A stretch of DNA of 64,000 nt from Bacteroidota bacterium (GCA_947479455.1 CANJZE010000008.1:66798-130797); one strand, 5' to 3'; positions 18,149 to 27,308 are shown, numbered from the stretch's first letter. Notes: generated by a model not told the origin, from the sequence alone. Numbers and translations are program-made.

Positions 18149-18178
18149 GCGAATGGAAAGCGTTTAAGTCAGCCGGTG

Positions 18179-18784
18179 CTACTTGATTTTGTAACCGAGC
18201 TTCTTAGCTGCCTGTAAAAATGGGCGGATATTGTCAGCCGTCCACTGATTGCAAACTGCAATTGTTTTATCCTTCAGCTTGATAAGATGTTCCGGTTTAA
18301 AAAAATATCTGTCACGAGCACCTGAGAGTGAACGGGCAGAATCCTCGTCCATGAACGGAGCGAACCTTTTCAGCAACTCGTCAGGAAATGCTTCCTTGAG
18401 TAGCTTGTAGGTTATCTTTCCTTTTGAAGCGGCAACGTGGTCGGAAATTATCTGTCTTACCAGCGGCCCTTTCTTATACTCCGCACCACCATATTGAAAA
18501 GTTGAATTATCCCGGCCTTTCGATTTTGGTTCCGTCTGCCCACCTGCCTCTTCTAATTCTTCCGTTACCGGTTGTTCAGCTTCCGGTGCCTCGACAAGTG
18601 AGTAGGTTGCTTCCTTCCCTTTACCTTCCTGAGCTAAAAGACCTTCACCGGTCATTTTTTTCAAGGCGTTGACTAAAATAATTCCTTTTACTCCTGTTGC
18701 TTCGCCAATGGCTTTTGCATTGGAAGCTGGGTTATTGCGAAGAAACTCCGCAATTTTTTCCTGTGCTGTTTGTTTGTTTTTCAT
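18179..18784 (-). CDS. Putative winged-helix DNA-binding protein with a conserved-looking C-terminal domain
   Basis: The N-terminus IAEFLRNNPASNAKAIGEATGVKGIILVNALKKMTGEGLL is wHTH-like. An acidic linker follows. The C-terminus RYFFKPEHLIKLKDKTIAVCNQWTADNIRPFLQAAKKLGYKI resembles a domain often attached to restriction/modification proteins; no family name is assigned. Confidence 0.45.
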   Translation of the reverse strand: MKNKQTAQEKIAEFLRNNPASNAKAIGEATGVKGIILVNALKKMTGEGLLAQEGKGKEATYSLVEAPEAEQPVTEELEEAGGQTEPKSKGRDNSTFQYGGAEYKKGPLVRQIISDHVAASKGKITYKLLKEAFPDELLKRFAPFMDEDSARSLSGARDRYFFKPEHLIKLKDKTIAVCNQWTADNIRPFLQAAKKLGYKIK

Positions 18785-18899
18785 TGCTTATAAATTTTAG
18801 ATTAAAAAATATAAGCCGAGCATAGGAGCATCGGTGGAAAGGGAAAAGGAAACGATGGAAAAGTTTCCAGACGCTTGCGATTTTTAGCGAATGGACTTG

Positions 18900-20219
18900 T
18901 TATTGATATAATTCAATCAATGCAGATAATCCTCCTTCGAAACCTTGTCCCACCCCTTCTACAACCCAATTGCCATTATTACGGGAAATAGATGCGACAA
19001 GCACAGAGTCTATTTTATCAAAAGACTTCGTTAGATGGCATTCATGCAGTATCATGTTATCATCTGTGTTTCGAACTTTAACAGAGGCGTTCTGAGTTAA
19101 ACCAAAATGATACTGATGGCTTTCCGCTTCATTTATAGTAACCGCGATGTATAGAAATTCGACTCTTTCGTCTACCTGAGATAAGTTTATCCTTAAAGAT
19201 TCTTGATTGAGGTCGTTGCTGTTTTTCTCACCCGAGTGCTTCGCTGCGCTATCAGGACTTTTAAGGTTATTGAAAAAAACCAGAAATTCAGATGCTGGGA
19301 GTTTCCCATCTTCACCCAACATAAAAACGGACAAATCACAGTCAGTTTCTTTGTCTTTGGTTATTGCCTTCTCCCACGTGAGTTCTACTAAAATATTCTG
19401 AAGGACTACCTTTTTCTTTGATATTGAAATTGGACTCTTTTTTATTGAGATACTTTCTTTATTGCTTGGCACATGGGCTGACCTATTCATATTCTCCAGC
19501 AATTCTTGGTGCTCTTTATGTTCGGCTTTTTTGGTTTTAAACTCATCTATCTCATCATCTGTTCGCACTAATTCCTCCAATTGTTCCAATAATTCTTGTT
19601 CTGCCTTAAATGCGGCATTCATCCTTGTAAGGTCATCCTTTTCCTGAACTATTCCCTTCATCTGCTCCGCATATTCTTGCTTGATTTTAAGTATCGCATT
19701 CAATCTTTTCTTCTCTTTCTCCACCTGCGTTTGCATAGCTAATTTACTTCTCAATAAATTAGCTTCATCTGTTTCTATATTTTTCTTCAGCGCATCTTCT
19801 TTTCGAGCATCTTCCATAATTTCGTTCCACCTTTTATTCTCTTCCTTAAGCTCTTCTGCGATGGTCTTGCGGTGTATTGGCTCCTCTTCTACCTCCTCTT
19901 CGGGTTCAGAATAAACACTTTTATAAGGTTTGGACTCTTCTTCACCTCCCTCAATCAGTCTCTTTATTTCCTTTACTTCTGATTTAGTAAACCCATGTGC
20001 TTTGACGTATCCAATTCCCGTGGTATAAAATGTAATAGTTGAATAACCAACTAAAGGTGTATCCACTGAAACCTCGGAAATTTTATCAAATCCAATTTCC
20101 TTATCCTGATTGCTAAACAGTCCAGGTATTCTCACTGTAATTTTATTACCGCCTACGATAATTTTACAAGGGAACACTCCATTTCCATCAGAAACTCTTG
20201 AAGCAGTAAATGTTTTCAT
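18900..20219 (-). CDS. PH-like N-terminal domain / coiled coil / C-terminal TerD-family domain fusion protein
   Basis: The C-terminal ~170 aa (VELTWEK...DCDLSVFMLGEDGK...EFLVFFNNLKS...INLSQVDERVEFLYIAVTI...W.VEGVGQGFEGGL) match TerD/CABP1 family signatures. The middle is a Glu/Lys-rich coiled coil. The N-terminal ~90 aa form a small beta-rich domain. Confidence 0.75.
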   Translation of the reverse strand: MKTFTASRVSDGNGVFPCKIIVGGNKITVRIPGLFSNQDKEIGFDKISEVSVDTPLVGYSTITFYTTGIGYVKAHGFTKSEVKEIKRLIEGGEEESKPYKSVYSEPEEEVEEEPIHRKTIAEELKEENKRWNEIMEDARKEDALKKNIETDEANLLRSKLAMQTQVEKEKKRLNAILKIKQEYAEQMKGIVQEKDDLTRMNAAFKAEQELLEQLEELVRTDDEIDEFKTKKAEHKEHQELLENMNRSAHVPSNKESISIKKSPISISKKKVVLQNILVELTWEKAITKDKETDCDLSVFMLGEDGKLPASEFLVFFNNLKSPDSAAKHSGEKNSNDLNQESLRINLSQVDERVEFLYIAVTINEAESHQYHFGLTQNASVKVRNTDDNMILHECHLTKSFDKIDSVLVASISRNNGNWVVEGVGQGFEGGLSALIELYQ

Positions 20220-20364
20220 TGATTTTTTTGTTTCGCATGAAATTGATTTTGTTTTCTAACTCCATTGTGTTCTTATTGTCCATTCAAACCGTTCATTTCA
20301 TTCACTTCATTCTTTAAGTTCATTTTACTTCCCGCTCGTTCCTGACAATAGCTTTGCTCAAGCT

Positions 20365-20934
20365 ATGCTGTCCAAAGTCATTAAAGAAATGGTGGAAGAA
20401 AAATTTGGTCAGGCTGTCAGATACCCCAAAGATTGTGAGGCACTGGCGGCACGGATTTCTGATGCCTGTAAACAGCAAATCAGTGCCTCAACTATTAAAC
20501 GGCTTTATGGTTTTGTGAAAGGAATTGAACAACCAAGACTTTACACGCTCGATGTTATCTCCAACTACCTCGGTCACTCATCATGGGAGAATCTATTGAT
20601 GTCTTTGAACAAGCAGAACCGACCAAGCAGGGCAACGATTGAGCACCTACTGCCGGCTCAACTCAAAAAGGGTTCGGTCTTAGAAATTGGTTACGAACCG
20701 AACAGGATGATTACTATCAGATACGAGGGTAAGAATTGCTTTAATATCATTCATTCGACAGAAAAGAAACTATTGCAGAATGATGTGATAACAATTCAGA
20801 GTGCTGATTTGCATTATCCACTATTGGTAAGCGAAATAAAAAGAGGCGAAAAGAATATCGGTCAATGCACTCTCGGTAGCATTAGTGGAGTAACTTTCAT
20901 CAAGAAAATACAAACAGCGAAAACTAAGAAGTAA
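20365..20934 (+). CDS. Hypothetical protein (189 aa)
   Basis: The ORF sits in a divergent promoter arrangement with the TerD-fusion gene. The N-terminal ISASTIKRLYGFVKG segment could be HTH-like. No firm motif was seen. Confidence 0.4.
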   Translation: MLSKVIKEMVEEKFGQAVRYPKDCEALAARISDACKQQISASTIKRLYGFVKGIEQPRLYTLDVISNYLGHSSWENLLMSLNKQNRPSRATIEHLLPAQLKKGSVLEIGYEPNRMITIRYEGKNCFNIIHSTEKKLLQNDVITIQSADLHYPLLVSEIKRGEKNIGQCTLGSISGVTFIKKIQTAKTKK

Positions 20935-21529
20935 TTTCCTTCGTTGCCTCATCTTCGCAACCTTCACAATGAGCAGTTCCATTAGCTAAAGCCGCTTCAT
21001 ATTCACGAACAGTAGTATCATACCAGAGGTCGAATCTATGCTCTATAAACCGTTCCATGTTATTTGCTTTTCCGAAATCTGTGTTGAACTCATCGGTGCA
21101 AAAAGGACTACCGGTGATTAAAGCAGATTTCAAATTGTCTATTACAGATTGAGAAATATTGTTGCGAAGAGATTCAAGAAAACTTTCTGCGCTTTCTTCT
21201 TTCCTAAAAGTGAATTCAAACGCATCACTGAAATGCTGTCTTATATGAAAATGCTTGTTCCCGATTTTTACCTCACAGGGATTACCAAGTTTCAAATCCG
21301 CTAAACGGTTTGCCAGTTCACTGAACAGAATATTTTGTTTACAAAAACTGAGCGTGTTATCTGTCTGCTCAAAATTTTCATCATGAAAGGCATAATCTTC
21401 ATCTACAAAAAATACAAGGAGATAAATGTTGACTGCTTCCTCTTTGAAAACTTGTTTCACCGTTTCCCAAGTGATGCCTTCGATGAACAGCTTAATTGTG
21501 TTCTCTTCTTTTTTTATCGCTATTTCCAT
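20924..21529 (-). CDS. Hypothetical protein, single-copy member of a local paralogous family
   Basis: MEIAIKKEENTIKLFIEGITWETVKQVFKEEAV aligns with the N-terminus of the adjacent 523-aa protein (MELALCQEKEDTKLFIQGIKWTEIINALKEEEV). The shared C-terminal motif is C..E....DF.KA.NM. Confidence 0.5.
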   Translation of the reverse strand: MEIAIKKEENTIKLFIEGITWETVKQVFKEEAVNIYLLVFFVDEDYAFHDENFEQTDNTLSFCKQNILFSELANRLADLKLGNPCEVKIGNKHFHIRQHFSDAFEFTFRKEESAESFLESLRNNISQSVIDNLKSALITGSPFCTDEFNTDFGKANNMERFIEHRFDLWYDTTVREYEAALANGTAHCEGCEDEATKEITS

Positions 21530-21639
21530 AGATGTATTTATACGAAGTTAGCTTTCAGAATCGAGGGAGAACCGATATGAACGAAATGAATTTGATAAAT
21601 ATGCTTACCGTGAAGTTTTCTTGACCAACTTACTTCTTG

Positions 21640-23211
21640 CTAAAGCTGTTCCTTGACCATAGACTGGTGAAATCTTTTTTTGTAATACATAAGCAAAGTT
21701 TCCATATCCTCTTTAATTTCCGGTTGAGAAAAATAAGATATGAGACATTTAATTACCGTTTCACCATCGAAACCGTAAATTTTGCCATCACCATCGAAAC
21801 AGTTCATTCGGTCTGCACGAAGCCTGTAATAGACCAGAAAATATGGATAGGGTCTATTCCAAGGCCTGCCATAACTACTTCCATATATTTTCTTCTCATT
21901 GTCAGTAAGTTTAACCGGTTCTTCCTCATTAACTACCTCGTCACCCGGTTGAGCATGCTCGTTTTGGGTTGTAATTTTTAGAGCCTTTGCTAACTCTTGC
22001 TCCTCATTGATAATCCATACACGTTCCATCAACCCAATCATACTTTCAGTTCTATACATATTTCTGGCCTTTTCAAAATCGCTTCCGCATCCTTCCGTGC
22101 AGTAATCCTTTCCTTTTTGCACGGCTTTTTTCATTGCGTCAACTACCTCCTTTGTAACAAAAGGTTCAAAAGCATTCAGAAATTTCAGCATTACATCCTC
22201 TTGCCAAAAAGTAAGAGTATACATTGGCGGATACCAACTCCAGCGACTATCCAGCTCAAAAGAAGCGTTACCTATATTTAAGAGTTGCGGTTCCCTAAAA
22301 TTTTCCGGTAGATTAAGAGATGTAATTTTCTCCATCAAGTGTCCAAAATGAATTTTTTGCGGATTAAACTCATACCAAAGCTCCCCCATTTTGAAATCAT
22401 CACTTTCGATAGTGTAGAGGTCGTTAGTATCAATACCAAGAGAAGAAACAAAAACTGTCTCATTCTTAAAAATATCAGATAAATCCTTAAGGGACAATCC
22501 TTCTGTGAGTAACTTAAAGTTATTATGACGACTGGTTACCACAAGTTCTATAGGATAGTCTTTACTTGGTTCCTGTTTAGGGTTGATGCGAAGATTTTGA
22601 AAGGTATCAATTTGACCCACCTTGCCGGCCTCTTCAAAAACTGCTTTAAATCCATCGGTAGCATAGGGCTTTTCTTCCTTTGCAGCCAATATAAAGTCTG
22701 TAGAGGTTTGCCCCGACAATATGAGATTTGCATTTTCGATAAAACTGATGAGTTTATCCTTGCTATGAAATGTAAGAAGGTAGGATTCAAGACTCGCATA
22801 GCATTCCAGATAAAAAGCATCATTGCCCAATCGCAATTCATACGGCATTTCCCGTTCAACATTAGTCCTGAAAAATCTTTCCCAAATTTCATCTAAAGAC
22901 AAGCCATGCTCGACAAGTTCTGGAAATCCTGCCTTTAATTTTTCCAGTTTAATAGTTTCGACTTCCTTCAAAGGATTAAGTGAAACTATCATATTGATAA
23001 TTTCACCGAAAAGAGTGTGGTGATTAGAAATACTAAAATAGCTTATGACATGTTTGTCATCAGGATTGTTAGTGAAATCGTTGTCATAACCTAACTCGTA
23101 GTAGTCAACTTTGACTTCCTCCTCTTTAAGGGCATTGATTATTTCAGTCCACTTTATCCCTTGGATAAATAATTTCGTATCCTCTTTTTCTTGGCATAAT
23201 GCTAATTCCAT
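21640..23211 (-). CDS. Hypothetical protein with two tandem copies of the domain found in the 201-aa neighbour plus a ~120-aa C-terminal extension
   Basis: Repeat 1 spans about aa 1-205 and repeat 2 about aa 215-400 (YPIELVVTSRHNNFKLLTEGLSLKDL...CTEGCGSDFEKARNM). No known family was recognised. Confidence 0.5.
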   Translation of the reverse strand: MELALCQEKEDTKLFIQGIKWTEIINALKEEEVKVDYYELGYDNDFTNNPDDKHVISYFSISNHHTLFGEIINMIVSLNPLKEVETIKLEKLKAGFPELVEHGLSLDEIWERFFRTNVEREMPYELRLGNDAFYLECYASLESYLLTFHSKDKLISFIENANLILSGQTSTDFILAAKEEKPYATDGFKAVFEEAGKVGQIDTFQNLRINPKQEPSKDYPIELVVTSRHNNFKLLTEGLSLKDLSDIFKNETVFVSSLGIDTNDLYTIESDDFKMGELWYEFNPQKIHFGHLMEKITSLNLPENFREPQLLNIGNASFELDSRWSWYPPMYTLTFWQEDVMLKFLNAFEPFVTKEVVDAMKKAVQKGKDYCTEGCGSDFEKARNMYRTESMIGLMERVWIINEEQELAKALKITTQNEHAQPGDEVVNEEEPVKLTDNEKKIYGSSYGRPWNRPYPYFLVYYRLRADRMNCFDGDGKIYGFDGETVIKCLISYFSQPEIKEDMETLLMYYKKRFHQSMVKEQL

Positions 23212-23286
23212 AAAAATATTTTTTCGAAGATAAAAGATTTGTGATTTTAATTATCGGATGTCAACAAACAACGATATTCATTACGC

Positions 23287-23490
23287 TTATTTATTCAACT
23301 TTTTTAGAAATAATTTGAATACCACCCCAATTGCTTCCGCATCAGAATTGAAGTAGTGTTCCGGCTTCACTATGTTATGCGGGTCGAGGGCTTTCAACTT
23401 CTTGATGACCGGTTCAAATTCCGGTCTTACAACTTTCTCTAATTGGCTGATATAATCAGGATACCGGTTGATGAATTCTATTGCGTCCAT
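23287..23490 (-). CDS. Small hypothetical protein (67 aa)
   Basis: The ORF lies between the AAA+ gene and the 523-aa gene on the same strand. No motif was seen. Confidence 0.3.
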   Translation of the reverse strand: MDAIEFINRYPDYISQLEKVVRPEFEPVIKKLKALDPHNIVKPEHYFNSDAEAIGVVFKLFLKKLNK

Positions 23491-23572
23491 ATTATTTCGG
23501 ATTGTTGACGCAAATTAGACTTAGGTGTGGCAGGGAAATTATTCTGAGCGATAAACAACTTTTTCGAATCAG

Positions 23573-24604
23573 CTATTTTTTCAGTTTAACCTGGATTTGA
23601 AAATTCCTTCTGTGTGATTGTGTAACTTTTTTATCCGTCCAATTTTTCATCGTTCCTTGCCCCAACTTCAATTTATTCTCTGCAAGTGAGAAAGTGCCAT
23701 ATTCTTTCTTACCCCAACTTCTGACCTGAATTTTAAACTGGCCAATCAAATCATCCATAGTAAATCCAGGTCGAATCTGAAATACACTTAAGTCATTTCC
23801 TTCGGCACTGTGCAACTGGGTCTTACTTATAAAGTCTTCTTTTATGGTTTCTACAATCTTCTTTTCAGTTTCATCCAGTATTTTCTTCTTCTCACCGTAA
23901 AGCAAAATCCGATAGTTAAAATACATACACGCCAGTTTGTCAAGGTCGCGAAAACCGCCATCAAACTTTTCAGCGTAGTCTTCAAGAAATTTTTCGAGTG
24001 TGGCATTTTTCGGAGGAACAGCAAAGTGTTCGAAGCCCTCTGTGTTCTCAAAATTCATCTTTTGCCATGTAGAGTGGAAGTCCTTTACAACGCTTCCGTT
24101 CTCCTTTTTATAGGAGGGGAACTCTACCACCAATTGACTTATTCTATCCCAGAACAATCCATGCAATTGATTTTCATCCTCACGGAGAACTTCAATATCC
24201 TTTGAAGACGTAAAGACTAAGCGAACATTAAATTTCTTCTCAACTCCGAACTTACCGTCTGTAGTTGATAGCGCTATGAATAACAAGTCTTGTTGCTCCT
24301 CGGTCAAACGTTCAACATCTTCAATCACCAAAGTTTGGTTTTGGTGTTTCTTGAGAAGGGTATCAATTTCAGCTACTGATGATGGTATTTTTACCGCTGA
24401 GATAAATTCTAATTTCTCCACGCATAATTTCTTTCGATTAGCCGTTTTGATTTCTCTAAAAGCATTTTCGATGGCGAAATGTTTCCCCGTGCCTCGTGCG
24501 CCAACTACAATCAAGCAGAACTTGCCGGGGTTTACAAGAAATACTTTTAGCCGCTTATATGCCTGCTCCCTTAGTGGACTGCCCACAGTTACAATCTGAT
24601 TCAT
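23573..24604 (-). CDS. AAA+ ATPase related to the sigma-54 interaction domain (bEBP/RtcR-like core) without a recognisable sensor domain
   Basis: LIVVGARGTGKHFAIENAF (Walker A, cf. GESGTGKE), TLVIEDVERLTEEQQDLLF (Walker B, cf. LFLDEI..L....Q..LL), VRLVFTSS and GGFRDLDKLA (cf. GNVRELEN). No GAFTGA loop was seen. Confidence 0.55.
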   Translation of the reverse strand: MNQIVTVGSPLREQAYKRLKVFLVNPGKFCLIVVGARGTGKHFAIENAFREIKTANRKKLCVEKLEFISAVKIPSSVAEIDTLLKKHQNQTLVIEDVERLTEEQQDLLFIALSTTDGKFGVEKKFNVRLVFTSSKDIEVLREDENQLHGLFWDRISQLVVEFPSYKKENGSVVKDFHSTWQKMNFENTEGFEHFAVPPKNATLEKFLEDYAEKFDGGFRDLDKLACMYFNYRILLYGEKKKILDETEKKIVETIKEDFISKTQLHSAEGNDLSVFQIRPGFTMDDLIGQFKIQVRSWGKKEYGTFSLAENKLKLGQGTMKNWTDKKVTQSHRRNFQIQVKLKK

Positions 24605-24708
24605 TTAGTTTGTCAAATATTTACCAATAATAGGGAGAAATATTTATCTACCCAAAAAGCGCTTTGTTTATTACTCCATCATTGCCCCGTCAACAAAACA
24701 ATCATAAA

Positions 24709-25011
24709 ATGAAAAACTTAAACTTCTCAACCAGCCCTCACGGAGCCTGTAAGGTGACCGAGGCAAAACCAGATGAAATTTCTGTTACACGCGTTCTAAA
24801 GTCATCAAAGAAAAAACCCAAGGCTTCAAATACCATCATCATCGCGAGGTATGAATGGCTTAAAAGAAACAAGTTGTCTTTGCCAAGCAACATCGAACTC
24901 CCAAATCTTTGCGTGACCATCAAAGAGGGTAAACTAATAAGAGCCTTCTACTCAAATGTTCTTTCGCATATCATTAAGAAACAGAAATACTACATCCAAA
25001 TACTGAACTGA
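24709..25011 (+). CDS. Small basic ORF (~100 aa) translationally coupled to the GT-radical SAM gene
   Basis: The ATG at 24709 (MKNLNFSTSPHGACKV...) is preferred over the track's TTG at 24664. The stop overlaps the next start as TGATG at 25009-25013. No known motif was seen. Confidence 0.35.
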   Translation: MKNLNFSTSPHGACKVTEAKPDEISVTRVLKSSKKKPKASNTIIIARYEWLKRNKLSLPSNIELPNLCVTIKEGKLIRAFYSNVLSHIIKKQKYYIQILN

Positions 25012-27308
25012 TGCACATACTTAAAATCATACACGGCTATCCGCCAAATTATAATGCCGGCTCTGAAGTTTACAGTCAGTCTATCTGTAACGAACTTTCA
25101 AAGCACTATAAGGTTTCTGTTTTCACAAGAGAAGAAAATCCCTATACGCCAGACTTTGTTATCAGACATCAAAAAGCAAGTGACAACCTGAATTTTTACT
25201 TCGTCAACAATCCGCAAGGCAAAGATGGCTACCGGCATAAACCGATGGATGACAACTTCTCTGAGTTGCTCAAAAAAATCAAACCCGATATAGCTCACAT
25301 CGGTCACCTTAACCATCTTTCAACCGGTTTGATTGATGAGCTAAACACACAAAAGATACCAATCGTATTTACACTGCATGACTTCTGGCTAATGTGTCCG
25401 AGAGGGCAGTTCTTAACCCGAAGCATTGGGAAAGAGAATAACTTTCAATTGTGCTCCGGGCAGCAAGACAACAAATGTGCAACCGACTGTTACAAGGTTT
25501 ATTTCAGCGGCAGAGAAGAAGATGAAAAACAGGACACGGAAAATTGGAGCAGTTGGACTCATCAACGAATGATTGAAACACAATCAATCATTGACAAGGT
25601 TGATTTATTTGTCGCCCCTTCAAATTACCTGCGTAATCGCTTTATTACTGAATTCTCAATTCCCGAAAATAAAATACGCTATCTCGACTATGGTTTCCCA
25701 ACCGAGTATTTAACTCCAACTGAGAAATCGAAAGAGAAAAACAAATTCACTTTTGGTTACATCGGAACACTCATACCGGCAAAGGGGGTTAACCAACTCA
25801 TTGAAGCATTCAAACAAATCAAGGAACCTGCTTCGCTCAGAATATACGGAAGACATAACGGACAAAGCGCAGATGCTCTAAAATCACTTGCCGCTGATTC
25901 GGAAAATGAAATAGTATTCGCAGGAGAATACATCAACCATAATCTCGCAGATGAAGTTTTCTCAAAAGTAGATTGCATTGTAGTCCCATCCATCTGGGCA
26001 GAGAACTCTCCATTAGTGATTCACGAAGCGCAAGCTTGTAAGATACCCGTCATCACTGCTGACTTTGGTGGTATGAAAGAATACGTGCAGCATAAAGTGA
26101 ATGGTTTATTATTCGAACACCGAAACACAAATTCGCTGGCCGAACAAATGAAGTTCGCAGCCGAACATCCTGATTTACTAAAGCAGTTTGGTGAGAAAGG
26201 TTATTTGTTTTCAGAAGATGGAAATGTTCCAAACATTCAGCAGCACTGTGAGCGGTTAGTGAATATTTATCAGCGGTATACAGCTCCCCGAAGTTTGTGG
26301 CGGGTAACTATTGACACCAACCCCGAAGATTGCAACCTGAAATGTGTGATGTGTGAAGAACACAGTCCTTACAGTGATTTCATTCCAACTCTCTACAAAG
26401 AAACGGGCGTCAAGCGAAGAAGAATGAAGTTGGAGACTGTGGAAGGTATATTTCGTCAGGCCGAGCAACTCGGAGTGAAAGAAATCATTCCATCTACTAT
26501 GGGAGAACCCTTGATGTATAAAGGCATCGAGAAAATATTTGAACTCTCGCAAAAGCATAACATCAAGATAAACCTTACCACTAATGGAACATTCCCCAAG
26601 TTGACGCTGGAAGAATGGGCACATTTGATTGTGCCTAACACTACCGATGTGAAAATCAGCTGGAATGGAGCTACGAAAGAAACAGCCGAAAAGGTAATGC
26701 TCGGACTGAACTTCAATCAGGTTGTAGAAAATGTGAAATCATTTGTCGCACTCCGCAATGAACATTATGAGAGAACCGGCTATTACTGTCGTATCACTTT
26801 TCAGTTGACGTTCATGCAGAACAACATGCACGAGTTGGCCGACATTGTGAAGTTGGCAGCGCAATTGGGAGTGGATAGAGTTAAAGGTCACCAACTATGG
26901 GCTCACTTTGACGAGATAAAAAACCTATCCATGAAAGCAACAAAGGAAAGTGCGACTAAATGGAATGAATATGTAACACAAGCCTTCGAAGCGCAGGAGA
27001 AATTCAGAAAACCTAATGGAGAGAAAGTGATTTTAGAAAATATATTCCCTCTAAATGAAAGAGAAGATGTAGAACTTCCAGAGCACTATGAGTGCCCATT
27101 TCTCAACAAGGAACTTTGGATTTCCGCTACCGGAAAAATATCTCCTTGCTGTGCACCGGATAACCTGCGACAAGCATTAGGTGATTTCGGAAACATCGAA
27201 ACAACAAGTATTGAAGACGTATTGCAAAGTCCGGCCTACACAGAACTTGTGATGAACTACAAACAAAAAAATCTTTGCAAAACCTGTAACATGAGAAAAC
27301 CAAAATGA
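25011..27308 (+). CDS. Fusion protein: GT4-type glycosyltransferase (N-terminal ~420 aa) + radical SAM/SPASM domain (C-terminal ~340 aa)
   Basis: The GT part has MHILKIIHGYPPNYNAGSEVY, VVPSIWAENSPLVIHEAQACKIPVI and NGLLF. The radical SAM part has CNLKCVMC (CX3CX2C) and STMGEPL. The SPASM-like Cys cluster is ECPF...ISPCCAPD...CKTCNM. Confidence 0.8.
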   Translation: MHILKIIHGYPPNYNAGSEVYSQSICNELSKHYKVSVFTREENPYTPDFVIRHQKASDNLNFYFVNNPQGKDGYRHKPMDDNFSELLKKIKPDIAHIGHLNHLSTGLIDELNTQKIPIVFTLHDFWLMCPRGQFLTRSIGKENNFQLCSGQQDNKCATDCYKVYFSGREEDEKQDTENWSSWTHQRMIETQSIIDKVDLFVAPSNYLRNRFITEFSIPENKIRYLDYGFPTEYLTPTEKSKEKNKFTFGYIGTLIPAKGVNQLIEAFKQIKEPASLRIYGRHNGQSADALKSLAADSENEIVFAGEYINHNLADEVFSKVDCIVVPSIWAENSPLVIHEAQACKIPVITADFGGMKEYVQHKVNGLLFEHRNTNSLAEQMKFAAEHPDLLKQFGEKGYLFSEDGNVPNIQQHCERLVNIYQRYTAPRSLWRVTIDTNPEDCNLKCVMCEEHSPYSDFIPTLYKETGVKRRRMKLETVEGIFRQAEQLGVKEIIPSTMGEPLMYKGIEKIFELSQKHNIKINLTTNGTFPKLTLEEWAHLIVPNTTDVKISWNGATKETAEKVMLGLNFNQVVENVKSFVALRNEHYERTGYYCRITFQLTFMQNNMHELADIVKLAAQLGVDRVKGHQLWAHFDEIKNLSMKATKESATKWNEYVTQAFEAQEKFRKPNGEKVILENIFPLNEREDVELPEHYECPFLNKELWISATGKISPCCAPDNLRQALGDFGNIETTSIEDVLQSPAYTELVMNYKQKNLCKTCNMRKPK

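Noticed and set aside
15485-18178. The RT as part of a diversity-generating retroelement
   Set aside because: Motif 4 reads QGGALSCFFAN rather than the DGR-type IGNxxSQ. By eye I found no template repeat in the flanks matching the 3' end of any neighbouring gene, and no Avd-like accessory gene. A computational TR/VR search would be needed for certainty.
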